A DNA stretch of 64,000 nucleotides from Escherichia phage P-GXEC-L2P5: the sequence record PQ843332.1. The stretch is one strand, 5' to 3'. Made by a program: the position numbers and the translations under genes. The notes below the pieces were generated by a model that searched no databases, was not told the origin of the DNA, and saw only the letters and a program-made list of their open reading frames with translations. Numbering within the stretch: the stretch's first letter is position 1; the number at the start of each line of letters is the position of its first letter. Below are positions 61,748 through 64,000 of this stretch, one piece after another.

Positions 61748-63526
61748 ATGGCAGCGGGCACACTATCCGTAACGAATAACAGCAAGGCGGTTGTAGGGGT
61801 CGGCACAACGTTTACCTCGTTTAACGCTGGCGACTTCTTAACGCTGGTGGTAGGACAAGTCCCCTACACCGTAGCAATCGCGTCCATTGAAAGCGAAACC
61901 GCGCTTACGCTGGTGTTGCCGTTCGACGGCCCAACGGCAACCGGCCTCGCGTGGGATGGCGTTAAGCGCGATACCATGTCACTGGCGACGATGGGTGTAA
62001 CCGTACAGGCACAGAAAGCATTGCGCTTGATGATTGCAGATGAAAACAACTGGCGTGCAATCTTCGGCGACGCTGAAGAAATCACCGTGACGCTGCCTAA
62101 CGGGCAGGTAATGCAGGGTATGTCATGGGGCTACCTGTCGCAGTTGATGAAACAGATCGACCCCGTTGAGATGCTAAACCTGCAACAACAAGCCGCCGCA
62201 TCGGAAGCAGCCGCGCAAGGATACCGCGACCAGGCCGAAGGCATTAAAACCGAGACGGCAGGCATCCGCGACGACACCAGGTTGATTAATGCTGATACGC
62301 TGGCGATCCGCAACGACACCGATGCCATCAGGACGAATACCAACCAGATTAAATCAGATACGCAGGCCATTAAGGACCAGACGAACCAGATCAAGACGGA
62401 CACCGGCGTTATTCGCGACGAAGCCAATACCGCGAAGACGGACGCGCAATCCGCCCGCGATGCTGCGCTGGGATACCGGAACGAGGCCGAACAGTTCAAG
62501 AATGAGATCGACCCGTCGAAACTTCTGGCAAAGGCCAACAACCTTAGCGACGTTGCCGACCCCGCGGCAGCGCGCGACCACTTAGGCATCGGGCCTGACG
62601 ACACCCTTAACCTTGGTGGCCTGGTAACGTCCGGCAGTATCTCCGCGGGCCGCAACACATGGGATGGGTCTAACTGGGGGAGCCAGGGACTTCTCGCCTC
62701 ATTAGTGGTCCTATACCCGGACGGAAGCTCAGCCCCAGGCTTATACGTGCGAAAATCCAACGGCGACAGCGGATATGCGGCGGGATGGTTGTATAACGAG
62801 AACAGTATCAGTTGGGCTACTAACGCGCGTATTGCGGGCTTTCAGTTCCGGTCCCCTAAAGGCGCGATGGGGTATAACCAGCTATGGTCAGAGGCTGTGG
62901 TGCGTGCGGACGACTTCATGGCACAGAATGGCGCGGAAAACTATAAGTCGTTAATCGCGGGGGCCGCTACAACGCAAGGTCACGGATACTCGGGCGGTGT
63001 CTCGTTCGGGATAATGACAACTGGCATAAACAACTGGCCCCGGGCGCAGATCTCGATCGGCACAGCAGACCGTGACGCCGCTGGGAATATGGCTTCGCAG
63101 ATGCACTTCCGCTTTAATGAATATGGGCAGATTTCTTACACAGGGCCACTGGGGACGGGGTCGTTCCAGCAAGTACCTGCGTCGGATCGCAACCTGAAGC
63201 ATGACATTGCCGATGACGCAAGCAGCACCGCCTACGACAATATCAAGGCTTTGCGGTTCCGCACGTTCGTATTCAACAACGATGAACAGGAACGGCAGCG
63301 TCGCGGTATTATTGCGCAGGAAGCGGAAGAAATCGACCCGCTGTATGTGAAGCACCGCGTGTATAACAATCACGAATTAAATGGGCCTCTGGTGCACCAG
63401 CTTGAACTGGATACGACACCGCTGTTACTCGACACTATGCGAGCGTTGCAGGATACGATTAAGCAGGTGGAGGATTTGAAGGCGGAGATCGCAGCGATGA
63501 AGCAGGCGGAAGAGTTGAAGAAATAA
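61748..63526 (+). CDS. tail fibre protein, second copy, with different distal domain and same type of C-terminal chaperone
   Basis: N-terminal about 300 aa collinear with 11123-12901; distal domain non-homologous; C-terminal ...RRGIIAQEAEEIDPLYVK...DLKAEIAAMKQAEELKK. Confidence 0.7.
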   Translation: MAAGTLSVTNNSKAVVGVGTTFTSFNAGDFLTLVVGQVPYTVAIASIESETALTLVLPFDGPTATGLAWDGVKRDTMSLATMGVTVQAQKALRLMIADENNWRAIFGDAEEITVTLPNGQVMQGMSWGYLSQLMKQIDPVEMLNLQQQAAASEAAAQGYRDQAEGIKTETAGIRDDTRLINADTLAIRNDTDAIRTNTNQIKSDTQAIKDQTNQIKTDTGVIRDEANTAKTDAQSARDAALGYRNEAEQFKNEIDPSKLLAKANNLSDVADPAAARDHLGIGPDDTLNLGGLVTSGSISAGRNTWDGSNWGSQGLLASLVVLYPDGSSAPGLYVRKSNGDSGYAAGWLYNENSISWATNARIAGFQFRSPKGAMGYNQLWSEAVVRADDFMAQNGAENYKSLIAGAATTQGHGYSGGVSFGIMTTGINNWPRAQISIGTADRDAAGNMASQMHFRFNEYGQISYTGPLGTGSFQQVPASDRNLKHDIADDASSTAYDNIKALRFRTFVFNNDEQERQRRGIIAQEAEEIDPLYVKHRVYNNHELNGPLVHQLELDTTPLLLDTMRALQDTIKQVEDLKAEIAAMKQAEELKK

Positions 63527-63528
63527 GA

Positions 63529-63555
63529 GAGGGGCCATACAGCCCCTTTTTAGTT
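63529..63555 (+). terminator. rho-independent terminator (gagaggggccatacagcccc + ttttt)
   Basis: Stem-loop plus T-run after tail fibre gene. Confidence 0.55.
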
Positions 63556-63626
63556 TGAGTTTTCCCAGTCCATTTTGCGCCGCACCAGCGGGCTTTCGTA
63601 ATATTCCTTCCCCTCCACTTCCATTT

Positions 63627-64000
63627 TTAGTTTGAGTTTTCCCAGTCCATTTTGCGCCGCACCAGCGGGCTTTCGTAATATTCCTTTCCTTCCACTTCCA
63701 CCAAAGGCCAGTCGTTCACAATCACGTATGGCTCCGCGATATCCTCAATCACGCCGTGCGCGCTTTGCGGCCCTAACGACACACCAACCAGGATAACACC
63801 GGCAACGCGACGGGTCAGATATTCGCGAGCGCAACGTGCCTCAACCAGCCCACGACGGATGCCGCTGGTGGCCTTAACCTCGTAGGCCCATACGGCATCA
63901 ATCATGTGTTCTTTGTAGTCAGGGCCGGACTTAACCTTGCGCTTGCCGACCATGATAATATCGCCGCGGTCGATAGTGTTAGCGCTAAACAGGCCAGTAC
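63627..64000 (-). CDS. hypothetical protein, homologue of 12928-13580 (partial; 5' end beyond window; duplication near 63550-63680)
   Basis: ORF 63627-63953 closely matches 12928-13254. Confidence 0.3.
   Translation of the reverse strand, partial: TGLFSANTIDRGDIIMVGKRKVKSGPDYKEHMIDAVWAYEVKATSGIRRGLVEARCAREYLTRRVAGVILVGVSLGPQSAHGVIEDIAEPYVIVNDWPLVEVEGKEYYESPLVRRKMDWENSN

Overview
The window is lambda-like siphophage DNA covering about 1.3 genome units, with genes on both strands. Positions 1-49,432 hold one ~49.3 kb unit; 49,433-64,000 repeat the tail module of a second relative (~4-5% aa divergence in gpK) carrying a different receptor-recognition cassette. Unit 1 runs: tail module (tape measure, gpM/L/K/I/J-like proteins, lipoprotein, tail fibre; 605-12,901); a minus-strand replication and DNA-modification module (12,928-28,040) with a family A DNA polymerase carrying an intein, SF2 helicase, DUF2800/DUF2815-like pair, VRR-NUC, Dam-like and C5-like methyltransferases and three HNH-type ORFs; a plus-strand HTH regulator and primase-helicase (28,517-31,352); early and lysis genes (31,816-35,022); then terminase, portal, head, major tail and G/GT chaperone genes (36,764-49,432). 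The most unusual signals are (i) an HNH endonuclease encoded in an alternate frame exactly inside the endonuclease slot of the polymerase intein, (ii) three paralogous non-coding modules built from GCGGGACA repeats plus a strong hairpin, one sitting between the GT chaperone and the tape measure gene, (iii) a recurrent AGATTGGTTGCA motif in intergenic regions, and (iv) roughly 85 near-perfect 76-77 bp tandem duplications that break the frame of most genes as given. No rRNA, tRNA, CRISPR array or integrase was recognised. All product calls come from motifs read by eye; no searches were run, and reconstructed start/stop coordinates may be off by a few nucleotides.
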